Positions 48,192 to 60,664 of a DNA stretch of 64,000 nt are shown in pieces. The stretch lies in NCBI RefSeq assembly GCF_004010195.1, contig NC_057718.1:36279188-36343187 (forward strand), read 5' to 3'. Source of the DNA: Chiloscyllium plagiosum (lineage: Eukaryota). The notes beneath the pieces were generated by a model, which saw nothing but the letters and a program-made list of their open reading frames with translations, had not been told where the DNA came from and did not search any database. The first letter of the stretch is position 1. Each line of letters starts with the position of its first letter. The position numbers were made by a program, and so were the translations under genes.

Positions 48192-48427
48192 TAGAATAAC
48201 TCCACAGAGGCTGGTACCCCATCACCAAGTCACATTTTACTTGCATGTGAAGAGTCCTTGACACCAATCTAACTCCCTGAAAGCCAGTTTTCAGAGTGAA
48301 CAAAACCTCTATCACTTGTGTTTATATCTGAAAGTCAAGGCTCCCTGAATGGACCAGATTAATAGTACCAGTCAGGGATCTCATATTCTATGAGATCTAC
48401 CTGACTGACCTCATTACAATCACTACA
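48192..48427 (-). mobile_element. Probable solo LTR (about 235 bp)
   Basis: Minus strand begins TGTAGTGATTG and contains GATATAAA and a downstream AGTAAA-like signal; the far terminus is degraded and no clean TSD is seen. Confidence 0.5.
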
Positions 48428-49550
48428 TGAGGGAAGTTCGTGCAAATGCTGTTGAAACGATGCAGAGAGATGCATTGTCTCTGAGCAGCGTTAGAGATTA
48501 TGAAAGGGGTTATAACAAGTGTAAACTAAATCAAATGATAAGAGCTTTCTGTCTGAACTTGGAAAATGTTACACAATCAGATATTGTGTGTGCAAGGTCA
48601 CAGATTAATTTCAGAGACATTGTGATTCTCAATGCTGAGTATAAGCAAAATATGAAATCAATTAGAAAATGTTCACTTCAAGTGAGCCACTTTTGTTTAT
48701 CACTGATATAAATGATTTAGATGAGAGTATAGAAGAAATGGTTAGTAAGTTTGCAGATGACTCTAAAATTGGCGGTGTAGTGGACAATGAAGAAAGTTAT
48801 CCAAGATTACAAAGAGATCTTGATTAATTGGGTCAATGTGGCAGATGGAGTTTGGATAAATGCGAGATATTGCATTTTGGTAAAACTAACAAAGGCAGGA
48901 CTTACACAATTAAAAGTAGGGCCTTGGGTAGTATTGTAGAACATCAAGACCTAGGGGTTCAGGTTTTGATGGTTGTGTCAGATGTAGACAGGCTGGTTAG
49001 GAGTTGTTTAGCATGCTGGCCTTCATTGCTCAGACCTTTGAGTATAGGCATTGTGATGTTATATTGAGGTTGTACAGAACATTGGTGTGGGAAAAGATAT
49101 GTCACCTTGACTATCCATAGTAGACCCACACAGAACTACAGTTGGTGAGGCCTGAATTAGAGTACTGTGTCCAGTTCTGATCACCTTGCTACTGGACGGA
49201 TATTATTAAACTGGAGAGGGTTCAGAAGAGATTTACCAGGATGTTTCCAGGAATGGAGAGTTTGAGTTACAAGCAGAGACTGGATAGGCTGGAAGGTAGG
49301 AGGTTGAGCAGTGACCATTTAAAGGTTTATGAAATCATGAGGGGTATAGATAAGGTGAATGGCACGTGTCTTTTCCCTCGGGTGGGGGATTTCAAGACTG
49401 GAGGCATATTTTTAAGGTGAGATGAAAAAGATCTAAAAATACCTGAAGGGAAACCATTTTACTCAGACTATTTAGAATCATAGAGTCATAGAGATGTACA
49501 GCATGAAAACAGACCCTTTGGTCCAACCCATCCATGCCGACCAGATATCC

Positions 49551-49683
49551 GAGGAGAAAGTGAGGTCTGCAGATGCTGGAGATCAAAGTTGAAACTTTAT
49601 TGCTGGAACAGCACAGCAGGTCAGGCAGCATCCAGGGAACAGGAGATTCGACGTTTCGGGCACAGGCCCTTCTTCAGGAATGA
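49551..49683 (-). mobile_element. Solo PLE pLTR (family B) with TSD
   Basis: CCAGATATCC at 49541-49550 and 49689-49698; insert homologous to other family B pLTRs. Confidence 0.85.
49646..49681 (-). ncRNA. Intact minimal hammerhead ribozyme
   Basis: auuc-CUGAAGA-a-gggc(cugu)gccc-GAAAC-GUC-gaau: stem I auuc/gaau, canonical GUC cleavage triplet, palindromic ACGU stem III. Confidence 0.8.
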
Positions 49684-51092
49684 GCCAGCCAGATATCCGA
49701 TCCAATCTAGTCCCACCTGCCAGCACCCAGCCCATATCCCTCCAAATCCGTCCTATTCATTAACCCATCCAGATGCCTTTTAAATGTTGCAATTGTACCA
49801 GCCTCCACCACTTCCTCTGGTAGCTCATTCCATACACGTACCACCCTCTGTGTGAAATATTCCAACAGTTGCCTAACCAATGTCCTGTACAGCTGCAACA
49901 TGACCTCCCAACTCCTGTACTCAATACTCTGACCAATAAAGGAAAGCATAGCAAACGCCTTCTTCACTATCCTAGCTACTTGCGACTCCACTTTCAAGGA
50001 GCTATGAACCTGCACTCCAAGGTCTCGTTGTTCAGCAACATTCCCTAGGACCTTACCATTAAGTGTATAAGTCCTACTAAGATTTGATTTCCCAAAATGC
50101 AGGACCTCACACTTATCTGAATTAAACTCCACCTGCCACTTCTCAGCCCATTGGGCCATCTGGTCAAGATCCTGTTGTAATCTGAGATAACCCTCTTTGC
50201 TGTCCACTACACCTCCAACTTTGGTGTCATCTGCAAGTGATTGATGCAGGTACAGTTACAATGTTTAAAAAACATTGGGATAAGTACATGAATAAGAAAT
50301 GTTTTGAGGGATATGGGCCAAGTGCAGGCAGGTGGGACAACTTTCGTGTGGGATTTTGGTTGGCATGGACTGGTTGAGCCAAAGGGTCTGTTTCTGTGCT
50401 GTATAACTTTATACCTCTATGACTCTGTGATCATTGTGCCTGTACAAACATAGAAAGTAAAAGAGCCACTAACAATTGTGTGTTCATATAGCCTGGGCCA
50501 CTGAATTCAGAAGTAGTAAAGCTGAGTGGCTTGTTTGATCCTTTGTCTGAGAATGTTGAGATTAATTCCAGCACTTTGACTACTTCTCTGGCTCCGATCA
50601 AATAATTTGGCCTATATCTGACATATGACCCCTCATAATCTCTACAAGTCAGAATTATGAATACAGATACTCTTCAACTCAAATTTAAAATCATGAGGTT
50701 ACTGCATTATATTTTAAGCATAACTATACAGCACGTGAAATATAAGACCTAAATTGACTAATGCCGCAAAATATAATGTAAAAGTAGATTTGACATTAAG
50801 CAGTGGAGTCTTTCTGTACTCTGCACTAAAATAAGCTAACATTGCAATTTTAATTCCTTTCTTTCAATTATATATTATTTTAGTTATACATCTTTTAAGC
50901 ACCTGGCTAACATTGACTTAACCATCCAGGATCTAAATCCAGAGAAGCTAGGTCTTAAATTGGGGTGATTTCAAAGTGATTGCAGTTCAGTTTGTCTGTC
51001 CTGGAGCATAAAGTAACATCCTGTAGACTAGTGACAGAAATGTAAACAAATCTGTTGATTCTGTGAAATTCAGTGCTAGAAAGATATTGGTA

Positions 51093-51512
51093 CTGTATAT
51101 ACTCGAGTAATAGTCAAATTGTTTTGTCTACATTTTAAGGTTAAATTTACAGTGTCATCTATTACATGGATACATGACATGCCTGTCAAAATTCATAGTC
51201 TCATTAGCAGAAGCCCAACTGATCTCTAAACAAATCAAGAAAAGAAATAATGAATTATGATAATTCCAAAAATCTGGAGCAGAACACAACAGTCAGTGGA
51301 CTGGAAGATTGGGAGCGAAGTGGAACATCCAGCAGAATGGATGGCTGGAGTGGAACATGATAGCCGACACACTGACTCCTAAACATTGATCTGTTATCTG
51401 TGAAGAATGAGGGTCAACATTTACATGAGATATATGAAAAATTCCAGGTTATTTGGCCAAAAATAGGGGGTCGACTTTTACGTGAGATCAACAATTACTT
51501 GAGTATATATAG
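51093..51512. mobile_element. Non-autonomous Tc1/mariner-superfamily (Tc2/pogo-like) MITE
   Basis: TIRs CTGTATATACTCGAGTAA and TTACTTGAGTATATATAG (16/18 match) with TA on both sides (51091-51092, 51513-51514). Confidence 0.85.
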
Positions 51513-52399
51513 TATATATACAATTGGAATCTGATTTGTATATTAGAAGAGCCCACCTGCTTACTTACATGAGCTCTCTGGGCATACCAATGCCTGTTCT
51601 GTCAGTATGAATGGGTAGGAATGGGTTATACACTCTATTGCTGCAGAGAATGTAAAAAATAACTATTAGTCCATTCTCTCAATTGTTTTTAGTTCTATAG
51701 TTAAGGGCTTAATATCTTTGTAGTGACGGAGCAGACTCAAATTTACCATATAGATTGTTCACTCAAGAAAATAGTCTGAGGAGTCAAAAGGATCCAAATG
51801 TTGTAAGATGCGAAGACACATTCTGTTATGGTTAAAAAGGAAATTAAATAGTTCCATGAAACTCACTGTGTGAACAATCTAATCATGCTCAAAAACACAT
51901 TGCTACATGATGTCTGACAGATATATCCATCTATCCTTATGAATCATTGTGCTCTAATGAATTAGAACATGTGTGTGCCTTTTATTAATCTCCTTCTGCC
52001 AAATGTTCTTTTACTCATTTCTTCTCCTCATGTCTCCTGATATTATTTTCTGGTTGTAGTTTCAGAGGTGTCAGTTGATATGTATACTGCTTGTGTATTG
52101 GTGAGACTGATTGGCTCAGTATTAGAGAAAGTATATTCAGCAATTTATACTGAGGGTTGGATTTTGCCATTATTTTAGCCTTCTTTTTTCCATGTAGATT
52201 CACAACAGCTGGTTCACCATGACTCAAATCAAATTTTCTCATGCAATCTGCTCTTCAATTCATTAATGATACAGCTGGCCTCCTTGGGGCCCGTATTGTG
52301 GGATTGTGCAGCAGGAGAGTTGGAAGTGTTTCTCCCTGCAGGTACTTGGTCACGTTCTCAACGCTGGTATCTTGCTGAAAACCATGCTGTGCACCACTT

Positions 52400-52705
52400 C
52401 AGGAACTTCAAAGCCGGGAGCTGTATTTCACCGAGGTGCTCAATCCTATCATTTAAGGGCATGGCACAGAAAGTGAAGCTGGCATTTTACTTCTCTAAAA
52501 GGGATCTGGGGGTGCTGGTAGATGGGCTGGTGGACAGAAAAGCAGAGATTTATTCAGCTGATAGGCACAAGTGCCTGTACCAAGATGGCTCAGTATTGTG
52601 TCCTGGGTTAAAAGAAATTCACGACCAGGCAGGAAGAAGGTTATTGATCTTCTGCACTTTCTAAGGATAAATGCCACTATCCTCTCTTACCTGGCTGTAA
52701 TTCCT
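52400..52705 (+). mobile_element. Harbinger-associated Myb/SANT-like ORF remnant; probably continues at 57410-57800 beyond the nested CR1
   Basis: MAQKVKLAFYFSKRDLGVLVDGL resembles the FS..DL..LVD helix of Harbinger Myb-like proteins; RKKVIDL occurs in another frame near 52630. Confidence 0.5.
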
Positions 52706-54081
52706 AGAACATAGAACATTACAGCACAGTACAGGCCCTTTGGCCCTCGATGTTGCACCGACCTGTGGAACCAATCTGAAGCCCATCTACCCTACACTAT
52801 CCACATGTTTATCCAATGACCATTTAAATGCCCTTAAAGTTGGCAAGTCTATACTGTTGCAGGCTGTGCGTTCCACACTCCTACAGTCCTCTGAGAAAAG
52901 AAACAACCTCTGACATCTATCCTATCTCTATTTAAAGCTATGTCCCCTCGTGCTGGCCATCACCATGTGAGGAAAAGGTCTCTCGCTGTCCACCCTATCT
53001 AAACCAATGATTATCTTATAGATCTCAATTAAGTCACCTCTCAACTTTCTTCTCTCGAACAAAAACAGCCTCAAGTCCCTCAGCCTTTCCACATAAGACC
53101 TTCCCTCCATTCCAGGCCGCATTCTAGTAAATCGCCTCTGAACCCTTCTCAAAGCTTCTACATCTTTCCTATAATGCGGTGACCAGAACTGTATGCAATA
53201 CACCAAGTGCGGCTGCCCCAGAGTTTGGTACAACTACAACAGATCCTTGCATTATGCCACTAGTAACTGAACTCCAGGATGAATATTTCCCATCAACCCA
53301 CACCTGCTGCATTCTTTCGGCTAGCCAATTTCTGATCCAAACTGCTAAATCACCCTCAATCCCTTCCCTCCCCCATTTTGTGCAATAGCCTACCCCCTTG
53401 GGAAATCTTATCAAATGCCTTACAGATTTCCATATACACCACATCAACCACTTTATCATCCACCTGTCCGGTCACCATCTCAAAGAACTCAATTAGGTTT
53501 GTCAGGCACAACCTACCCTTCACATAACTGTGTTGACTATCCCTAATCAACGTATTCCTATCAAGATGATTATAAATCCTATCTTTTATAATCTTTTCCA
53601 ACACTTTACCCACAACCGCAGTAAGGCCCACTGGTCTATAATTACCAGGGTTGTCTCTACTCACTTTCTTGAACAAGGGAACAACATTTGCTATCCTCCG
53701 GTCTTCTGGCACTATTCCTGTAGACAATAATGACAAAAAGGTCAAAGCCAAAGGCTCTGCAATGACCCCCCGGCTTCCCGGAGAATCCTGAGGATAAATC
53801 CCATCTAGTCCAGGGGACTTATCTGTTTTCACACTTTCCAGAATTGCTAACATCTCCTCCTTGTGAGTTCGGGGTTGAACCCTCCTTCGACTGACTGAAC
53901 TGGTCCTCATCCTGAACAACTTTTCTTTCCAATCCTCCCACTTCCTCCAAACCAAAGGAGTAGCCATGGACACCTGCATGGGCCCCAGCTATGCCTGCCT
54001 CTTCGTAGGATATGTGGAACAGTCCATCTTCCGCAGCTACACTGGCACCACCCCCCACCTTTTCCTCCGCTACATCGATGA

Positions 54082-54874
54082 NNNNNNNNNNNNNNNNNNN
54101 NNNNNNNNNNNNNNNNNNNNNNNNNNNNNNNNNNNNNNNNNNNNNNNNNNNNNNNNNNNNNNNNNNNNNNNNNNNNNNNNNNNNNNNNNNNNNNNNNNNN
54201 NNNNNNNNNNNNNNNNNNNNNNNNNNNNNNNNNNNNNNNNNNNNNNNNNNNNNNNNNNNNNNNNNNNNNNNNNNNNNNNNNNNNNNNNNNNNNNNNNNNN
54301 NNNNNNNNNNNNNNNNNNNNNNNNNNNNNNNNNNNNNNNNNNNNNNNNNNNNNNNNNNNNNNNNNNNNNNNNNNNNNNNNNNNNNNNNNNNNNNNNNNNN
54401 NNNNNNNNNNNNNNNNNNNNNNNNNNNNNNNNNNNNNNNNNNNNNNNNNNNNNNNNNNNNNNNNNNNNNNNNNNNNNNNNNNNNNNNNNNNNNNNNNNNN
54501 NNNNNNNNNNNNNNNNNNNNNNNNNNNNNNNNNNNNNNNNNNNNNNNNNNNNNNNNNNNNNNNNNNNNNNNNNNNNNNNNNNNNNNNNNNNNNNNNNNNN
54601 NNNNNNNNNNNNNNNNNNNNNNNNNNNNNNNNNNNNNNNNNNNNNNNNNNNNNNNNNNNNNNNNNNNNNNNNNNNNNNNNNNNNNNNNNNNNNNNNNNNN
54701 NNNNNNNNNNNNNNNNNNNNNNNNNNNNNNNNNNNNNNNNNNNNNNNNNNNNNNNNNNNNNNNNNNNNNNNNNNNNNNNNNNNNNNNNNNNNNNNNNNNN
54801 NNNNNNNNNNNNNNNNNNNNNNNNNNNNNNNNNNNNNNNNNNNNNNNNNNNNNNNNNNNNNNNNNNNNNNNNNN
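54082..54874. other. Assembly gap (N run)
   Basis: Run of N. Confidence 1.
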
Positions 54875-55022
54875 GCAATCTTCTTCCTGACCTCTCCGCC
54901 CCCACCCCAGTCTGACCTATAACCCTCACCTTGACCTACTTCCACCTATCGCATTTCCAACACCCCTCCCCCAAGTCCCTCCTCCCTACCTTTTATCTTA
55001 GCCTGCTGAACACACTTTCCTC

Positions 55023-55058
55023 ATTCCTGAAGAAGGGCTTATGCCCGAAACGTTGATT
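55023..55058 (+). ncRNA. Minimal hammerhead ribozyme in PLE pLTR
   Basis: auuc-CUGAAGA-a-gggc(uuau)gccc-GAAAC-GUU-gauu. Confidence 0.7.
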
Positions 55059-56054
55059 CTCCTGTTCTTTGGATGCTGCTTGACCTGCTGCGCTTTTCCA
55101 GCAACACATTTTCAGCCCTAATCTTACTCTAGTCATTCTTTTATTCCTGATATACCTAAAGAAAGCTTTAGGGTTTTCCTTGATCCTACCTGCCAATTAC
55201 TTCTCAAGTCCCCTCCTGGCTCTTCTTAATTCTCTCTTTAGGTCTTTCCTGGTTAACTTGTAACTCTCAAGCACACTAATTGAGCCTTCATGTCTCATCC
55301 TAATGTAAGCCTTCCTCTTCCTCTTGACAAGAGATTCAACTTTCTTAGTAAACCACGCTGCCCACACTTGAGCACTTCTCCCTGCCTGACAGGTACATAC
55401 TTATCGAGGACATGCAGTAACTGGACCTTGAATAAGCTCCACATTTCAATTGTGCCCATCCCCTGCAGTTTCCTTCCCCATCTTATGCATCCTAAATCTT
55501 GCCTTATCACATCGTAATTGCCTTTCCCCCCACAATACCTCTTGCCCTGCATTATATACCTATCCCTTTCCATTGCTAAAGTAAACGTAATCAAATTGTG
55601 GTCACTATCACCAAAGTGCTCACCTACCTCCAAATCTAACACCTGGCTGGATTCATTACCCAGTACCAAATATAATATGGCTTCACCCCTTGTTGGCCTG
55701 TCTACAGAAAACCATCCTACACATATTGGACAAAAAGTGACCCATCAAAAGTGCTCAAACTATAGTAATCCCAGTCAATATTTGGAAAGTTAAAGACCCC
55801 ATAACAACTACCCTGTTACTCTCGCTCCTATCCAGAATTATCTTTGCTATTCTTTCCTCTACATCTCTGGAACTATTCCAAGGTCCATAGAAAACTCCCA
55901 TCAAGGTGACCTCTCCTTTCCTGTTTCTAACCTCAACCATAGTACCTCAGTAGACAAGTCCTCGAACATCCTTTCTGCTCCCATAAAACTGTCCTTGAAT
56001 AACAATGCCACACCTCCCCCTCTTTTACCATTGTCTCTGTTCTTACTGGAAAAT

Positions 56055-56769
56055 GATATAGAAGATGGTATTAGTAATAACATTAGCAAATTTGCTGATG
56101 ATACTAAGCTGGGTGGCAGGGTGGCTGGCCTTCATAACAAAAGGGAATGAGTATAGAAGTGAAGAGGTTCTTCTGCAGCTGTACAGGGCCCTGGTGAGAC
56201 CACACCTGGAGTACTGTGTGCAGTTCTGGTCTCCAAATTTGAGGAAAGACATTCTGGCTATTGAGGGAGTGCAGCGTAGGTTCACGAGGTCAATTCCTGG
56301 AATGGCAGGACTACCTTACGCTGAAAGACTGGAGCAACTGGGCTTGTATGCCCTTGATTTAGAAGACTGAGAGGGGATCTAATTGAGACATATAAGATTA
56401 TGAAAGGATTGGAGACTCTGGGGGCAGGAAACATGTTTCCGCTGATGGGTGAGTGCCGAACCAGAGGGCACAGCTTAAAAATATGAGGTAGACCATTTAG
56501 GACAGAGATGAGGAGATAGTTCTTCACCCAGACAGTGGTGGCTGTGTGGAATGTTCTGCCCCAGAGGACAGTGGAGGCCCAGTCTCTGGATTCATTTAAG
56601 AAAGAGTTGGATAGAGCTCTCAAGGACAGTGGAATCAAGGGTTGTGGAGATAAGGCAGGAACAGGATACTGATTAAGGATGATCAGCCATGATCATATTG
56701 AATGGTGGTGCAGGCTCGAAGGGCAGAATGGCCTAGTCCTGCACCTATTGTCTATTGTCTATTGTCTAT
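56055..56769 (+). mobile_element. CR1 3' part nested in the minus-strand CR1
   Basis: LYRALVRPHLEYCVQFWSP; tail (CTATTGT)x3; possible AAAAT TSD. Confidence 0.88.
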
Positions 56770-58923
56770 AAAATCTAAATCCGGAACCTGCATCAACCAT
56801 TCCTGTCCCTGCGCTATCCATGTCTCCGAAATAGCAACAACATAAAAGTCCCAGGTATCAAATCGTGCTGCAAGTTCACCCACCTTACACCGAATGTTCC
56901 TGACGTTGAAGTAGACACACTTCAAACCACCTTCCTGCTTGCCGGTGAAACCAAATTTCTGACCTCACTGCTCTCAACGTCCTAGACACTAGAATTACAA
57001 TTTTGGTTCCCATCCCCCTGCTGAATTAATTTAAACCCTCCCAAATAGCAATAGCAAATTCCCCCCTCCCCCCCACCCCCTCCATGGACATTGGTACCCC
57101 TCTGGTTCAGGTGTAGACCATCCTGTTTGTAGCGGTCCCACCTACCCCAGAATGAGCCCCAATTATTCAGGTATCTGAAACCCTCCCTCCTGGACTATCC
57201 CTGTAGCCACGTGTTCAACTCTTCTCTTTACCTATCCCTTGCCTCACTAGCACATGGCACAGGCAACAAACCAGAGATAACAACTCTGTTTGTTTTAGCA
57301 CTAAGCTTCCATCCTAGCTCCCTGAATTTCTGCCTCAAATCCCCATCCCTTTTTGTACCTATGTCGGTCGTACCTGTGTGAACCACAACTTGGGGCTGCT
57401 CTCCCTCCTGCACAGATTGTACTTGACTATGCCCAATCCCCGGACTCAAATTGGATGAGCCCTTTGACTGATCATGGTGGCCCCTTCTGAATGACCCATT
57501 GACCTCTTGACCTACCAAATACCATGCCCCTTTGATTTTCTGACATGACCATTTGATTGAAGTGCACGCAGCGCGTTTGCCATATAAGCTGCAGGCACAT
57601 GCTGTACTCTTGACATCGATTAGCACAGTGTTGTACGGCAACATGTCCATCCCTTTGACTGTTCTGAACTGCGACAAGTTGTCTGTCTCTCCTTCTACAC
57701 TGAAAAGCAATGGAAGCCATAGGGGCTGGCGACCTGTAACTTAGTACTGAAGATCCGACGCATTGAGAAGGAACACAGCACACAGAGATAGAGGCTGGCA
57801 GTGTCTGGGTAAGTGCAAAGTAGGTGGGGACTTAGGAATGAAGATAACAGTCATAAAATGAATGCTGGTTAGATTCATGAGGTGAATGTGTATCCTTGCA
57901 CACACAGTGATCTAACAGAAATATACAAGTTGTATGTGTTCCAAAGTGAAGTCCTGCAGAGTTGAAATGTGTGTTGGCTGAGAGCAGACATCATGATTTG
58001 GGGAAAAATCAAAATGTTTTCTTACATTGAAATTCTGATTTTGTCTATTTCATTTTCGTAATATTTTCTAATTTTTCACCAATGCTCACACTGTTCAGGG
58101 GAGTGGAAAATTCCACTCTTTGTTATGTGTTGGAAGAGAGACAGACATTAAGAGATGGAGTCACCTGTATGATGACATTGTATGCTGCACATTCTCACGA
58201 CACAGAAATACATTGTACATTTCTTTTGATTTTCTTTATTATTCTTTGGTGGAATGTCATGGAGTTCCTGTCTTGTTATATCACCAATCATTCGCTGGTA
58301 CCTTGCCAAGTATGCAAAATAAATATTAAGCAAGTTTAAAATCTATTGTTACGCAATATGGAAACACCTTGAACAGCAATTGTTGGATAGTAATTCATTA
58401 GAAGCTAGAAACTGGGCAGTTTTCCTTGTCCTTACACAGCTGTTAATTAAAGTCAATTGTGTTACCCCTTTTTCAAACTTCAGCTAAACTCAGCTAAGTC
58501 AGCATTGGCTGGTCATGAAACATGGTTATGAAAAGGAGTAAGAATGGCTTACTCTGGAAATTAGAACTCATAATTGAGGCTGGTAATTGTATATGGTACT
58601 GAAGGAGTTCTGTACAGCCGAAGGCAGGTCTTTTGGATGAGACATGAAGCAAACTATGTTTTAAAAATACCTCATTGATTTTGAAGCCATTCGGTATTTC
58701 TAATAATGTAAATATGATATTCAAATATAACTGATTTATTTGTAGCATCAATCCTTGTTTCTGCAAGTAGTAAGACACATTCAATTTCTTATCATTATAA
58801 AATCCTTTCATTTAAGCTTACTATAATTGCAATCTACATTATTTGCCATCAACGAATGTGCGATTGTCTTCAGTACGGGACTTTAAAATTGGCATGATTG
58901 TGGACATCCTCAATGATGACCAT

Positions 58924-59764
58924 GATTTGGAGACGCCGGTGTTGGACTGGGGTGTACAAAGTTAAAAATCCCATCAGGAGTGTTCTCTCTCAGTCAGACA
59001 TTTGGCCTCGGCCCTTTGGGTGACCGTTCTCCAAGGCGGACTTTGGGACAGGCAACAATGAAAAGTGGCCAAGCAGAGGCTGAGAGCCAAGTTCAGTACC
59101 CATGGGAATGGGCTCAACTGGGACCTTCGGTTCATGTCACACTACAGGTGACCCCATTGCACTATCCACACACACACATACAGACAGACTGATAGACACA
59201 CACAGACACACACACAGACACTCCTACACACACAGATACTCCTACACACACACCCACACACACACCACCCACCCACCCACATGCATGCATACACATATAA
59301 GTTTGTGGGGTGAATTTGTACTTGCAGAATTACATTTTACTTTGCTCAAAAACTGGATGATTCCATGTAAGATTCTGTAAATCCATTTTTTAGATTAGAC
59401 TCAGTCCGCCCATTGTGGCACAGACAGCCTCACAGGGAAACTCACACCTTCAATATCTTATCTGGGTCGACATGACACCAGTTGTTAAAGTTCACTTGGG
59501 AATGGAACGTTTAAGTAAAAAGTTTTGCAATTTACGTATGAAAGAACTGAAACCAACCTGGTCATTCTAAACGATGAGAGACTTAACAAACAATCCAGGA
59601 CTTTTTCAATATATAATTTCAGTTACATCGCACTGTAAACTTTTGCTATAAATTCTGTGCCTTACAATCTTATTCTCCACAACCACCTGATGGAGCAACA
59701 CTCCGAAAGCTAGTGCTTCCAAATAAACCTGTTGGACTATAACCTGGTGTTGAATGATTTTTAA
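58924..59764 (+). mobile_element. Penelope-like element (family A) 3' region with inverted 5' terminal piece and 15-bp TSD
   Basis: TSD CTCAATGAT(G/T)ACCAT at 58909-58923 and 59765-59779; (CA)n tract 59165-59295; degraded hammerhead 59685-59716. Confidence 0.88.
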
Positions 59765-59804
59765 CTCAATGATTACCATTCATTACCTATCCAGCCAACA
59801 TTCC

Positions 59805-60150
59805 TATGGCTATGGTTTGGCAATAATGTCATAGAATTAATATCTTAAGAGGTCCAGGCTAATACACTGGGAACATGTGTAGGAATGGTGGAATTTAAAG
59901 CAAATTAACAATTTGGATTGTAAAGCTAGATTGTAGACTTAGAACTGGTGACTTTAATGACTATGATCAATTTTTGTAAATCATTTTTAGCTCAGTAATG
60001 TCCTCATGTAAGAATATCTGCAATGCTTTCCTAATCTGTAACAATGTGATTCACTCTTAACTACAAGCCATTCCATTCAAAGGTAATTAAGGACAGGCAA
60101 CACATGCTGGGCTCACCAGTGATGACCACACTGCAAAGAATTAAAATGAT
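59805..60150 (+). mobile_element. Degraded SacSINE-like SINE
   Basis: Similar to the reverse of 15147-15518 and to 16565-16850; tail CAAAGGTAATTAAGGACAGGCAAC. Confidence 0.55.
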
Positions 60151-60664
60151 TTTGGACTTGAGGGTCCTCAAGGACTGGGCAGGGGTGCTGAGGGAGATTA
60201 ATGAAAACATCAGTGTAACTGGTTCCATTCCACCTTCAGATTGGTTTGATGCATGTGAGATGGAGCTTTGAGAAGGCTACCCATCCGCATCTGATGGGTT
60301 GTTGACCCAATTTGTTAAGACAATTCAAGAAGGTTGACTGGGATTTTCGGGATGGTCTCCAGGTTCCAACAAATAGCAGGGGTCAGATTAGCTCACTGGA
60401 GAATATTCCTGTCTGCCTGGATGCAACAACAGATTCACAGTTGCTCCCGTAGAGGGGCTTAGTCACTACCCACACCCCCTGCCTATTTCCCCATGCTGCT
60501 GCTTCTTTCACTGCTCCATAGCTCCGATAGTCATCAATAATAACAAAGGAAAATAAAAATGTAAGAAGGAGGAGCAAGAGTAGATCATAATGTCTATTGA
60601 GCCTATTCCACAATTTAACACAATCATGGCTAGTCTTTGGCTCCAATTCCACTTTCTCATCTAC

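Larger units (their letters stand above)
49472..50237 (-). mobile_element. CR1 3' part with internal deletion near 49858
   Basis: ORF 49707-50207 jumps from RQLLEY directly to FTQRVVRVWN. Confidence 0.88.
48690..50428 (+). mobile_element. CR1 3' part (48690-49470 and 50238-50428) split by an oppositely oriented CR1
   Basis: INDLDESIEEMVSKFADDSKIG, RPELEYCVQF; resumes GATGCAGGTACAGTTACAATG and ends CTCTATGACTCTGTG. Confidence 0.85.
53864..55116 (+). mobile_element. Penelope-like element (family B), RT to pLTR, spans a gap
   Basis: QTKGVAMDTCMGPSYACLFVG..FLRYID (PLE RT); pLTR with hammerhead at 55023-55058. Confidence 0.9.
52706..57410 (-). mobile_element. Long CR1 LINE (ORF1 esterase to ORF2 3' end) with nested PLE and nested opposite-strand CR1
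   Basis: VVVHTGTTDIG..VVISGLLPVP (ORF1), GGGVALL, GDSDHN, KSPGLDGIYP, NYRPVGLT, HLVYCIQFWSP; tail TGTTCTATGTTCTAG. Confidence 0.9.

Noticed and set aside
52266..52664. 132-aa ORF as a host gene
   Set aside because: Only the middle resembles a Harbinger Myb-like protein, with the continuation in another frame; treated as a transposon relic.
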